Positions 24,896 through 36,467 of a DNA stretch of 64,000 bases are shown in pieces (position 1 is the first letter of the stretch; the number at the start of each line of letters is the position of its first letter). The stretch covers positions 35,951-99,950 of the forward strand of contig JAUCBJ010000326.1 of the NCBI GenBank assembly GCA_032718475.1, given 5' to 3'. The notes under the pieces are model-generated. The model was not told where the DNA came from, did no database searches, and was given only the letters and a program-made list of their open reading frames with translations. The position numbers and the translations under genes were made by a program. This DNA comes from Nemertoderma westbladi. Its lineage: Eukaryota; Animalia; Xenacoelomorpha.

Positions 24896-27800
24896 ATTGG
24901 TATTGGTATTGGTATTGGTCAAAGGGCCATTGGTATTGGTATTGGTATTGGTATTGGTATTGGTATTGGTATTGGTATTGGTATTGGTATTGGTATTGGT
25001 ATTGGTATTGGTATTGGTATTGGTATTGGTATTGGTATTGGTATTGGTATTGGTATTGGTATTGGTATTGGTATTGGTATTGGTATTGGTATTGGTATTG
25101 GTATTGGTATTGGTATTGGTATTGGTATTGGTATTGGTATTGGTATTGGTATTGGTATTGGTATTGGTATTGGTATTGGTATTGGTATTGGTATTGGTAT
25201 TGGTATTGGTATTGGTATTGGTATTGGTATTGGTATTGGTATTGGTATTGGTATTGGTATTGGTATTGGTATTGGTATTGGTATTGGTATTGGTATTGGT
25301 ATTGGTATTGGTATTGGTATTGGTATTGGTATTGGTATTGGTATTGGTATTGGTATTGGTATTGGTATTGGTATTGGTATTGGTATTGGTATTGGTATTG
25401 GTATTGGTATTGGTATTGGTATTGGTATTGGTATTGGTATTGGTATTGGTATTGGTATTGGTATTGGTATTGGTATTGGTATTGGTATTGGTATTGGTAT
25501 TGGTATTGGTATTGGTATTGGTATTGGTATTGGTATTGGTATTGGTATTGGTATTGGTATTGGTATTGGTATTGGTATTGGTATTGGTATTGGTATTGGT
25601 ATTGGTATTGGTATTGGTATTGGTATTGGTATTGGTATTGGTATTGGTATTGGTATTGGTATTGGTATTGGTATTGGTATTGGTATTGGTATTGGTATTG
25701 GTATTGGTATTGGTATTGGTATTGGTATTGGTATTGGTATTGGTATTGGTATTGGTATTGGTATTGGTATTGGTATTGGTATTGGTATTGGTATTGGTAT
25801 TGGTATTGGTATTGGTATTGGTATTGGTATTGGTATTGGTATTGGTATTGGTATTGGTATTGGTATTGGTATTGGTATTGGTATTGGTATTGGTATTGGT
25901 ATTGGTATTGGTATTGGTATTGGTATTGGTATTGGTATTGGTATTGGTATTGGTATTGGTATTGGTATTGGTATTGGTATTGGTATTGGTATTGGTATTG
26001 GTATTGGTATTGGTATTGGTATTGGTATTGGTATTGGTATTGGTATTGGTATTGGTATTGGTATTGGTATTGGTATTGGTATTGGTATTGGTATTGGTAT
26101 TGGTATTGGTATTGGTATTGGTATTGGTATTGGTATTGGTATTGGTATTGGTATTGGTATTGGTATTGGTATTGGTATTGGTATTGGTATTGGTATTGGT
26201 ATTGGTATTGGTATTGGTATTGGTATTGGTATTGGTATTGGTATTGGTATTGGTATTGGTATTGGTATTGGTATTGGTATTGGTATTGGTATTGGTATTG
26301 GTATTGGTATTGGTATTGGTATTGGTATTGGTATTGGTATTGGTATTGGTATTGGTATTGGTATTGGTATTGGTATTGGTATTGGTATTGGTATTGGTAT
26401 TGGTATTGGTATTGGTATTGGTATTGGTATTGGTATTGGTATTGGTATTGGTATTGGTATTGGTATTGGTATTGGTATTGGTATTGGTATTGGTATTGGT
26501 ATTGGTATTGGTATTGGTATTGGTATTGGTATTGGTATTGGTATTGGTATTGGTATTGGTATTGGTATTGGTATTGGTATTGGTATTGGTATTGGTATTG
26601 GTATTGGTATTGGTATTGGTATTGGTATTGGTATTGGTATTGGTATTGGTATTGGTATTGGTATTGGTATTGGTATTGGTATTGGTATTGGTATTGGTAT
26701 TGGTATTGGTATTGGTATTGGTATTGGTATTGGTATTGGTATTGGTATTGGTATTGGTATTGGTATTGGTATTGGTATTGGTATTGGTATTGGTATTGGT
26801 ATTGGTATTGGTATTGGTATTGGTATTGGTATTGGTATTGGTATTGGTATTGGTATTGGTATTGGTATTGGTATTGGTATTGGTATTGGTATTGGTATTG
26901 GTATTGGTATTGGTATTGGTATTGGTATTGGTATTGGTATTGGTATTGGTATTGGTATTGGTATTGGTATTGGTATTGGTATTGGTATTGGTATTGGTAT
27001 TGGTATTGGTATTGGTATTGGTATTGGTATTGGTATTGGTATTGGTATTGGTATTGGTATTGGTATTGGTATTGGTATTGGTATTGGTATTGGTATTGGT
27101 ATTGGTATTGGTATTGGTATTGGTATTGGTATTGGTATTGGTATTGGTATTGGTATTGGTATTGGTATTGGTATTGGTATTGGTATTGGTATTGGTATTG
27201 GTATTGGTATTGGTATTGGTATTGGTATTGGTATTGGTATTGGTATTGGTATTGGTATTGGTATTGGTATTGGTATTGGTATTGGTATTGGTATTGGTAT
27301 TGGTATTGGTATTGGTATTGGTATTGGTATTGGTATTGGTATTGGTATTGGTATTGGTATTGGTATTGGTATTGGTATTGGTATTGGTATTGGTATTGGT
27401 ATTGGTATTGGTATTGGTATTGGTATTGGTATTGGTATTGGTATTGGTATTGGTATTGGTATTGGTATTGGTATTGGTATTGGTATTGGTATTGGTATTG
27501 GTATTGGTATTGGTATTGGTATTGGTATTGGTATTGGTATTGGTATTGGTATTGGTATTGGTATTGGTATTGGTATTGGTATTGGTATTGGTATTGGTAT
27601 TGGTATTGGTATTGGTATTGGTATTGGTATTGGTATTGGTATTGGTATTGGTATTGGTATTGGTATTGGTATTGGTATTGGTATTGGTATTGGTATTGGT
27701 ATTGGTATTGGTATTGGTATTGGTATTGGTATTGGTATTGGTATTGGTATTGGTATTGGTATTGGTATTGGTATTGGTATTGGTATTGGTATTGGTATTG

Positions 27801-30800
27801 GTATTGGTATTGGTATTGGTATTGGTATTGGTATTGGTATTGGTATTGGTATTGGTATTGGTATTGGTATTGGTATTGGTATTGGTATTGGTATTGGTAT
27901 TGGTATTGGTATTGGTATTGGTATTGGTATTGGTATTGGTATTGGTATTGGTATTGGTATTGGTATTGGTATTGGTATTGGTATTGGTATTGGTATTGGT
28001 ATTGGTATTGGTATTGGTATTGGTATTGGTATTGGTATTGGTATTGGTATTGGTATTGGTATTGGTATTGGTATTGGTATTGGTATTGGTATTGGTATTG
28101 GTATTGGTATTGGTATTGGTATTGGTATTGGTATTGGTATTGGTATTGGTATTGGTATTGGTATTGGTATTGGTATTGGTATTGGTATTGGTATTGGTAT
28201 TGGTATTGGTATTGGTATTGGTATTGGTATTGGTATTGGTATTGGTATTGGTATTGGTATTGGTATTGGTATTGGTATTGGTATTGGTATTGGTATTGGT
28301 ATTGGTATTGGTATTGGTATTGGTATTGGTATTGGTATTGGTATTGGTATTGGTATTGGTATTGGTATTGGTATTGGTATTGGTATTGGTATTGGTATTG
28401 GTATTGGTATTGGTATTGGTATTGGTATTGGTATTGGTATTGGTATTGGTATTGGTATTGGTATTGGTATTGGTATTGGTATTGGTATTGGTATTGGTAT
28501 TGGTATTGGTATTGGTATTGGTATTGGTATTGGTATTGGTATTGGTATTGGTATTGGTATTGGTATTGGTATTGGTATTGGTATTGGTATTGGTATTGGT
28601 ATTGGTATTGGTATTGGTATTGGTATTGGTATTGGTATTGGTATTGGTATTGGTATTGGTATTGGTATTGGTATTGGTATTGGTATTGGTATTGGTATTG
28701 GTATTGGTATTGGTATTGGTATTGGTATTGGTATTGGTATTGGTATTGGTATTGGTATTGGTATTGGTATTGGTATTGGTATTGGTATTGGTATTGGTAT
28801 TGGTATTGGTATTGGTATTGGTTGGTATTGGTATTGGTATTGGTATTGGTATTGGTATTGGTATTGGTATTGGTATTGGTATTGGTATTGGTATTGGTAT
28901 TGGTATTGGTATTGGTATTGGTATTGGTATTGGTATTGGTATTGGTATTGGTATTGGTATTGGTATTGGTATTGGTATTGGTATTGGTATTGGTATTGGT
29001 ATTGGTATTGGTATTGGTATTGGTATTGGTATTGGTATTGGTATTGGTATTGGTATTGGTATTGGTATTGGTATTGGTATTGGTATTGGTATTGGTATTG
29101 GTATTGGTATTGGTATTGGTATTGGTATTGGTATTGGTATTGGTATTGGTATTGGTATTGGTATTGGTATTGGTATTGGTATTGGTATTGGTATTGGTAT
29201 TGGTATTGGTATTGGTATTGGTATTGGTATTGGTATTGGTATTGGTATTGGTATTGGTATTGGTATTGGTATTGGTATTGGTATTGGTATTGGTATTGGT
29301 ATTGGTATTGGTATTGGTATTGGTATTGGTATTGGTATTGGTATTGGTATTGGTATTGGTATTGGTATTGGTATTGGTATTGGTATTGGTATTGGTATTG
29401 GTATTGGTATTGGTATTGGTATTGGTATTGGTATTGGTATTGGTATTGGTATTGGTATTGGTATTGGTATTGGTATTGGTATTGGTATTGGTATTGGTAT
29501 TGGTATTGGTATTGGTATTGGTATTGGTATTGGTATTGGTATTGGTATTGGTATTGGTATTGGTATTGGTATTGGTATTGGTATTGGTATTGGTATTGGT
29601 ATTGGTATTGGTATTGGTATTGGTATTGGTATTGGTATTGGTATTGGTATTGGTATTGGTATTGGTATTGGTATTGGTATTGGTATTGGTATTGGTATTG
29701 GTATTGGTATTGGTATTGGTATTGGTATTGGTATTGGTATTGGTATTGGTATTGGTATTGGTATTGGTATTGGTATTGGTATTGGTATTGGTATTGGTAT
29801 TGGTATTGGTATTGGTATTGGTATTGGTATTGGTATTGGTATTGGTATTGGTATTGGTATTGGTATTGGTATTGGTATTGGTATTGGTATTGGTATTGGT
29901 ATTGGTATTGGTATTGGTATTGGTATTGGTATTGGTATTGGTATTGGTATTGGTATTGGTATTGGTATTGGTATTGGTATTGGTATTGGTATTGGTATTG
30001 GTATTGGTATTGGTATTGTATTGGTATTGGTATTGGTATTGGTATTGGTATTGGTATTGGTATTGGTATTGGTATTGGTATTGGTATTGGTATTGGTATT
30101 GGTATTGGTATTGGTATTGGTATTGGTATTGGTATTGGTATTGGTATTGGTATTGGTATTGGTATTGGTATTGGTATTGGTATTGGTATTGGTATTGGTA
30201 TTGGTATTGGTATTGGTATTGGTATTGGTATTGGTATTGGTATTGGTATTGGTATTGGTATTGGTATTGGTATTGGTATTGGTATTGGTATTGGTATTGG
30301 TATTGGTATTGGTATTGGTATTGGTATTGGTATTGGTATTGGTATTGGTATTGGTATTGGTATTGGTATTGGTATTGGTATTGGTATTGGTATTGGTATT
30401 GGTATTGGTATTGGTATTGGTATTGGTATTGGTATTGGTATTGGTATTGGTATTGGTATTGGTATTGGTATTGGTATTGGTATTGGTATTGGTATTGGTA
30501 TTGGTATTGGTATTGGTATTGGTATTGGTATTGGTATTGGTATTGGTATTGGTATTGGTATTGGTATTGGTATTGGTATTGGTATTGGTATTGGTATTGG
30601 TATTGGTATTGGTATTGGTATTGGTATTGGTATTGGTATTGGTATTGGTATTGGTATTGGTATTGGTATTGGTATTGGTATTGGTATTGGTATTGGTATT
30701 GGTATTGGTATTGGTATTGGTATTGGTATTGGTATTGGTATTGGTATTGGTATTGGTATTGGTATTGGTATTGGTATTGGTATTGGTATTGGTATTGGTA

Positions 30801-30838
30801 TTGGTATTGGTATTGGTATTGGTATTGGTATTGGTATT
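24896..30838. repeat. (TATTGG)n array, ~985 units
   Basis: Perfect except the insert TCAAAGGGCC at ~24919-24928, a 2-bp deletion at ~28822 and a 1-bp deletion at ~30018. Confidence 0.98.
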
Positions 30839-31137
30839 CTTTATTAGTGTCATAAGAATTTTGTAGTTTAATTACGAGAAACATGACATACATTGAAATG
30901 CCTAAGTACAAATGTTATAAATTAAAACAATATGTTATAAATATGCAAAATAAATGTCAATATGCAAATATTCAAATTGATTGTGTTTTATACATATACA
31001 TATATCTATACATTATTTATTGTGCAATGTTCTAAATTTTACTCTTTAATGTAATATTAAATAAATTAAATTCTTTTAAATATTAAAAAAAAAAAAAAAA
31101 ATATGTTATAAAACATATTGTTTTATATGTATATTGT

Positions 31138-34100
31138 ACTCTGTTTCCTAAAGGAATGCCTGTTCACCACCATGGGTGATCTTCCACAGTAAACCCTTCC
31201 CTTCCACTCTGTTTCCTAAAGGAATGCCTGTTCACCACCATGGGTGATCTTCCACAGTAAACCCTTCCACTCTGTTTCCTAAAGGAATGCCTGTTCACAA
31301 CCATGAGTAATCTTCCACAGTAAACACTTCCACTCTGTTTCCTAAAGGAATGCCTGTTCACCACCATGAGAAATCTTCCACAGTAATCCCTTCCTCTATG
31401 TTTCCTAAAGGAATGCCTGTTCACCACCATGGGTGATCTTCCACAGTAAACCCTTCCACTCTGTTTCCTAAAGGAATGCCTGTTCACCACCATGGGCGAT
31501 CTTCCACAGTAAACCCTTCCACTACTGTTTCCTAATGGAATGCCTGTTCACCACCATGGGTTATCTTCCACAGTAAACCCCTCCACTCTGTTTCCTAAAG
31601 GAATGCCTGTTCACCACCCCACCATGGGTGATCTTCCACAGTAAACCCTTCCACTCTTTTCTAAAGGAATGCTGTTCACACCATGGTATCTTCCACAGTA
31701 AACCCTTCCAGTCTGTTTCCTAAAGGAATGCCTGTTCACCACCATGGGTGATCTTCCACAGTAAACCCTTCCACTACTGTTTCCTAATGGAATGCCTGTT
31801 CACCACCATGGGTTATCTTCCACAGTAAACCCCTCCACTCACTGTTTCCTAAAGGAATGCCTGTTCACCACCATGGGTTATCTTCCACAGTAAACCCCTC
31901 CACTCTGTTTCCTAAAGGAATGCCTGTTCACCACCCCACCATGGGTGATCTTCCACAGTAAACCCTTCCACTCTGTTTCCTAAAGGAATGCCTGTTCACC
32001 ACCATGGGTTATCTTCCACAGTAAACCCCTCCACTCTGTTTCCTAAAGGAATGCCTGTTCACCACCATGGGTAATCTTCCACAGTAATCCCTTCCTCTCT
32101 GTTTCCTAAAGGAATGCCTGTTCACCACCATGGATGATCTTCCACAGTAAACCCTTCCACTCTGTTTCCTAAAGGAATGCCTGTTCACCACCATGGATGA
32201 TCTTCCACAGTAAACCCTTCCACTCTGTTTCCCAAAGGAGTGTCTGTTCACCACCATGGGTTATCTTCCACAGTAAACGCTTCCACTCTGTTTCCTAAAG
32301 GAATGCCTGTTCACCACCATGGGTTATCTTCCACAGTAAACCCTTCCACTCTGTTTCCTAAAGTAATTCATGTTCACCACCATGGGTGATCTTCCACAGT
32401 AAACCCTTCCACTCTGTTTCCTAGAGTAATGCCTGTTCACCACCATGGGTGATCTTCCGCAGTAAACCCTTCCACTCTGTTTCCTAAAGTAATTCATGTT
32501 CACCACCATGGGTTATCTTCCACAGTAAACGCTTCCACTCTGTTTCCTAAAGGAATGCCTGTTCACCACCATGGATGATCTTCCACAGTAAACCCTTTCA
32601 CTGTGTTTTCTAAAGGAATGCCTGTTCACCACCATGGGTTATCTTCCACAGTAAACCCTTCCACTCTGTTTCCTAAAGTAATTCATGTTCACCACCATGG
32701 GTGATCTTCCACAGTAAACCCTTCCACTCTGTTTCCTAAAGTAATTCATGTTCACCACCATGGGTGATTTTCCACAGTAAACCCTTCCACTCTGTTTTAG
32801 AGTAATGCCTGTTCACCACCATGGGTGCTCTTCCACAGTAAACCATTCCACTCTGTTTCCCAAAGGAATGCCTGCTCACCTCCATGGGTTATCTTCCACA
32901 GTAAACCCTTCCATTCTGTTTCCTAAAGGATTTCCTGTTCACCACCATGGGTTATCTTCCACAGTAAACCCTTCCACTCTGTTTCCTAAAGGAATGCCTG
33001 TTCACCACCATGGGTGATCTTCCGCAGTAATATCTTCCACTCTGTTTCCTAAAGGAATGCCTGTTCACCACCATGGGTGATCTTCCACAGTAAACCCTTG
33101 CTTCCCCTCTGTTTCCTAAAGGAATGCCTGTTCACCACCATGGGTGATCTTACACAGTAAAGTCTTCCACTATGTTTCCTAAAGGAATGCCTGTTCACCA
33201 CAATGGATGATCTTTCAGAGTAAACCCTTGCTTCCCCTCTGTTTCCTAAAGGAATGCCTGTTCACCACCATGGGTGATCTTCCACAGTAAACCCTTCCAT
33301 TCTGTTTCCTAATGGAATACCTGTTCATCACCATGGGTTATCTTCCACAGTAAACCCTTGCACTCTGTTTCCTAAAGTAATGCCTGTTCACCACCATGGG
33401 TAATCTTCCGCAATAAACCCTTCTACTCAGATTCCTAAAGGAATGCCTGTTCACCACCATGGGTTATCTTCCAGAGTAAACCCTCCACTCTGTTTCCCAA
33501 AGGAATGCCTGTTCATCACCATGGGTGATCTTCCACAGTAAACCCTTCCATTCTGTTTCCTAATGGAATACCTGTTCATCACCATGGGTTATCTTCCACA
33601 GTAAACCCTTGCACTCTGTTTCCTAAAGTAATGCCTGTTCACCACCATGGGTAATCTTCCGCAATAAACCCTTCCACTCTGTTTCCTAAAGGAATGCCTG
33701 TTCGGTTCACCGCCATGGCTGATCTTCCACAGTAAACCCTTGCACTCTGTTTCCTAAAGTAATGCCTGTTCACCACCATGGGTAATCTTCCGCAATAAAC
33801 CCTTCTACTCTGATTCCTAAAAGAATGCCTGTTCACCACCATGGGTTATCTTCCAGAGTAAACCCTCCACTCTGTTTCCCAAAGGAATGCCTGTTCACCA
33901 CCATGGGTGATCTTCCACAGTAAACCCTTCCATTCTGTTTCCTAATGGAATACCTGTTCATCACCATGGGTTATCTTCCACAGTAAACCCTTCTACTCTG
34001 ATTCCTAAAGGAATGCCTGTTCACCACCATGGGTTATCTTCCAGAGTAAACCCTCCACTCTGTTTCCCAAAGGAATGCCTGTTCACCACCATGGGTGATC

Positions 34101-34580
34101 TTCCACAGTAAACCCTTCCATTCTGTTTCCTAATGGAATACCTGTTCATCACCATGGGTTATCTTCCACAGTAAACCCTTGCACTCTGTTTCCTAAAGTA
34201 ATGCCTGTTCACCACCATGGGTAATCTTCCGCAATAAAACCTTCCACTCTGTTTCCTAAAGGAATGCCTGTTCACCACCATGGATGATCTTCCACAGTAA
34301 ACCCTTCCACTCTGTTTCCTAAAGGAATGCCTGTTCACCACCATGGATGATCTTCCACAGTAAACCCTTCCACTCTGTTTCCCAAAGAAATGCCTGTTCA
34401 CCACCATGGGAGATCTTCCGCAGTAAAACCGTCCACTCTGTTTCCTAAAGGAATGCCTGTTCACCACCATGGGTGCTCTTCCACAGTAAACCCTTCCACT
34501 CTGTTTCCCAAAGGAATGCCTGTTCACCACCATGGGTGATCTTCCAAAGTAAACCCCCCCACTCTGTTTCCTAATGGAAT
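31138..34580. repeat. 63-bp tandem satellite (ACTCTGTTTCCTAAAGGAATGCCTGTTCACCACCATGGGTGATCTTCCACAGTAAACCCTTCC), ~54 copies
   Basis: Direct reading; matches the 21-aa periodicity in the spurious ORFs. Confidence 0.97.
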
Positions 34581-34770
34581 AAGTTGCTGCTTAGTCTATG
34601 AAATTAATATGAAAATATGAATAATATAATTTATAATAAATTGTAGGCCTCCTCTAACTGAATCTACAGTTTTTGAGTATAAAAATAAATGTAAACTATA
34701 ACTACAGTAAAATATGTGACTTAGAGGAAGTATGAGAAAGTTGGAGGAATGTATCCTGCATAAAATGACA

Positions 34771-34905
34771 CGGCCGATAAATGACCAAGGGCGATAAAGA
34801 CTCGGGGGTGATAAGTTCCTAAATACTCAGAACTGTGGGGCGATAAGTTCCCAACAAAAATCCAATGTATAGGGGCGATAAAGTTCCAGGGGCGATAATG
34901 TCCTG
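34771..34905 (-). repeat. Array of GGGGCGATAA motifs; inverted counterpart of 22413-22635
   Basis: Reverse complement GGAACTTATCACCCCCGAGTCTTTATCGCCCTTGGTCATTTATCGGCC versus left arm GGAACATATCGCCCCCGGGTCATTATCGCTCCCTGGTCATTATCGCCC. Confidence 0.75.
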
Positions 34906-35037
34906 CGTCGCTACAAATGCGCCAATAACAGATAATTTATTTTCTGTAAATAAACTTATCATTCGAAGTTAAGTACCTGAACAGTTCCTAATAAATGTAT
35001 ATTTACCAACACCTTTAATGGTTTCTGTAGATTTCAT

Positions 35038-35256
35038 TATTGAACGTAATGAATGGTCTGAGTGGAGCTCGTAAACATCGTGTATACTAATCTATGTTCC
35101 CTACTCAAATGTTAAATAATTGAACGTAATGGTCTGAGTGGAGCTCGTAAACATCGTGTATACTACTCTATGTTCCTTACGCGAACGCGAACGCGAACGC
35201 GAACGCGAACGCGAACGCGAACGCGAACGCGAACGCGAACGCGAACGCAAACGCGA
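35038..35256. repeat. ~80-bp tandem duplication followed by (ACGCGA)13 microsatellite
   Basis: GTCTGAGTGGAGCTCGTAAACATCGTGTATACT occurs twice; hexamer array at 35179-35256. Confidence 0.9.
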
Positions 35257-35959
35257 ATATTTATTATGTAACTTGGAGAGCCGCTGATCTATATAACCCA
35301 GCAGTGGTTATTGAATTCCGTTTTTGGAGTACGTCTTGCATTCACTAAAGTTGCAATAACTTTTGTTTTTTACAATGGATTTTGCTCGCAATTACTTGCA
35401 AACCTTTTCTACGCGATGCTCTTTCAACACAATGTAATAAAATTGAAGAAATTCCACAAAAATATTTTAAATTTACTTTTTTCGCCGGGAAAATAGTAAA
35501 ATCAATGCAATTCTATGAGTTATTTTTTTCCCTAGGGAACATTTTCCTAAAGAAAGAAGTACTCCTTTTTTTTCGGATTTTGGGGTAAATTCGAGTGAAA
35601 AGTCACAATTTAAGAATTTAATATATTAAACTGATATTATTCAATGTTTTAGAGGTGTACTGTATATACAGTAATATAAAGATATAAAAATCTTGTATAA
35701 CAACTTCGGACTTCGGCCTCGGTAGTTTTGGCACTACAAACATTCTGTAGTTTTTAACTTACCTTATTGATCAGGACATTTTTGGATGTATCAATGTGTG
35801 GCAGGAAAAGTGTGTGGCAACGAAAAAATTGTAGCAACGAAAAAATTGTCAATATTGACAATACAAAAAGCACAAATTGATAATAAATTTGATGGTTGCC
35901 CTGCTAGAAAATATTTTTAACAAGTTCTATTCGTGATCAGGGACCTCGAAAACCCGATT

Positions 35960-36062
35960 ACTGGCGATGTTCACTTACCATTGAAGACACAGGGAAACTC
36001 ACTCCTGGTGGCGTTCACTTACCATTGAAGACACAGGGAAACTCACTCCTGGAGGCGTTCAG
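35960..36062. repeat. ~45-bp tandem duplication
   Basis: GTTCACTTACCATTGAAGACACAGGGAAACTCACTCCTGG occurs twice. Confidence 0.85.
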
Positions 36063-36467
36063 TCTTGTGGAGTACCTGCTCCAGCAGGGGGTTTTCATTG
36101 CAACCATTATTTGGGCATGAGCATTTAGAATGATACAACAGGAATGCCAATGATTGTAGTTGGGACGAGGTCATCTTGCTTGTCCCCCGTGGTAGAGTAT
36201 ATTTATACAGTACAGTCAGGAATACAGTGGCAGTGGAACCAGCAATTGTAAGGGCATTAGGTATAATGCCGATTTGGTGGCCATCACATCTATGACTTCA
36301 CTAATATTGTACTGAAGTTTACAGATGGTCCCAGCTGTGCAACTTGGATAATTCCTTGGCGAGAAAATTCAAATTTATACCCTTTGTGTCACGGATTTTC
36401 TTCGAAGAAGAAAAACTGGAAGAGATTTTAAACAGCAAACTTTCCAAGATTTGGAAGTCACATAGAA

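Noticed and set aside
24929-30838. Canonical telomere
   Set aside because: The unit is not TTAGG, TTAGGG or TTAGGC and the array is interstitial; a telomere-like role is kept only as a hypothesis.
22637-30911. Giant poly-dipeptide and CVLRIAY ORFs
   Set aside because: They are translations of stop-free microsatellites with no coding signal.
31164-34533. 21-aa repeat protein MVVNRHSFRKQSGRVYCGRSP
   Set aside because: Frequent in-frame stops and frameshifting indels among units, and no unique flanking exons.
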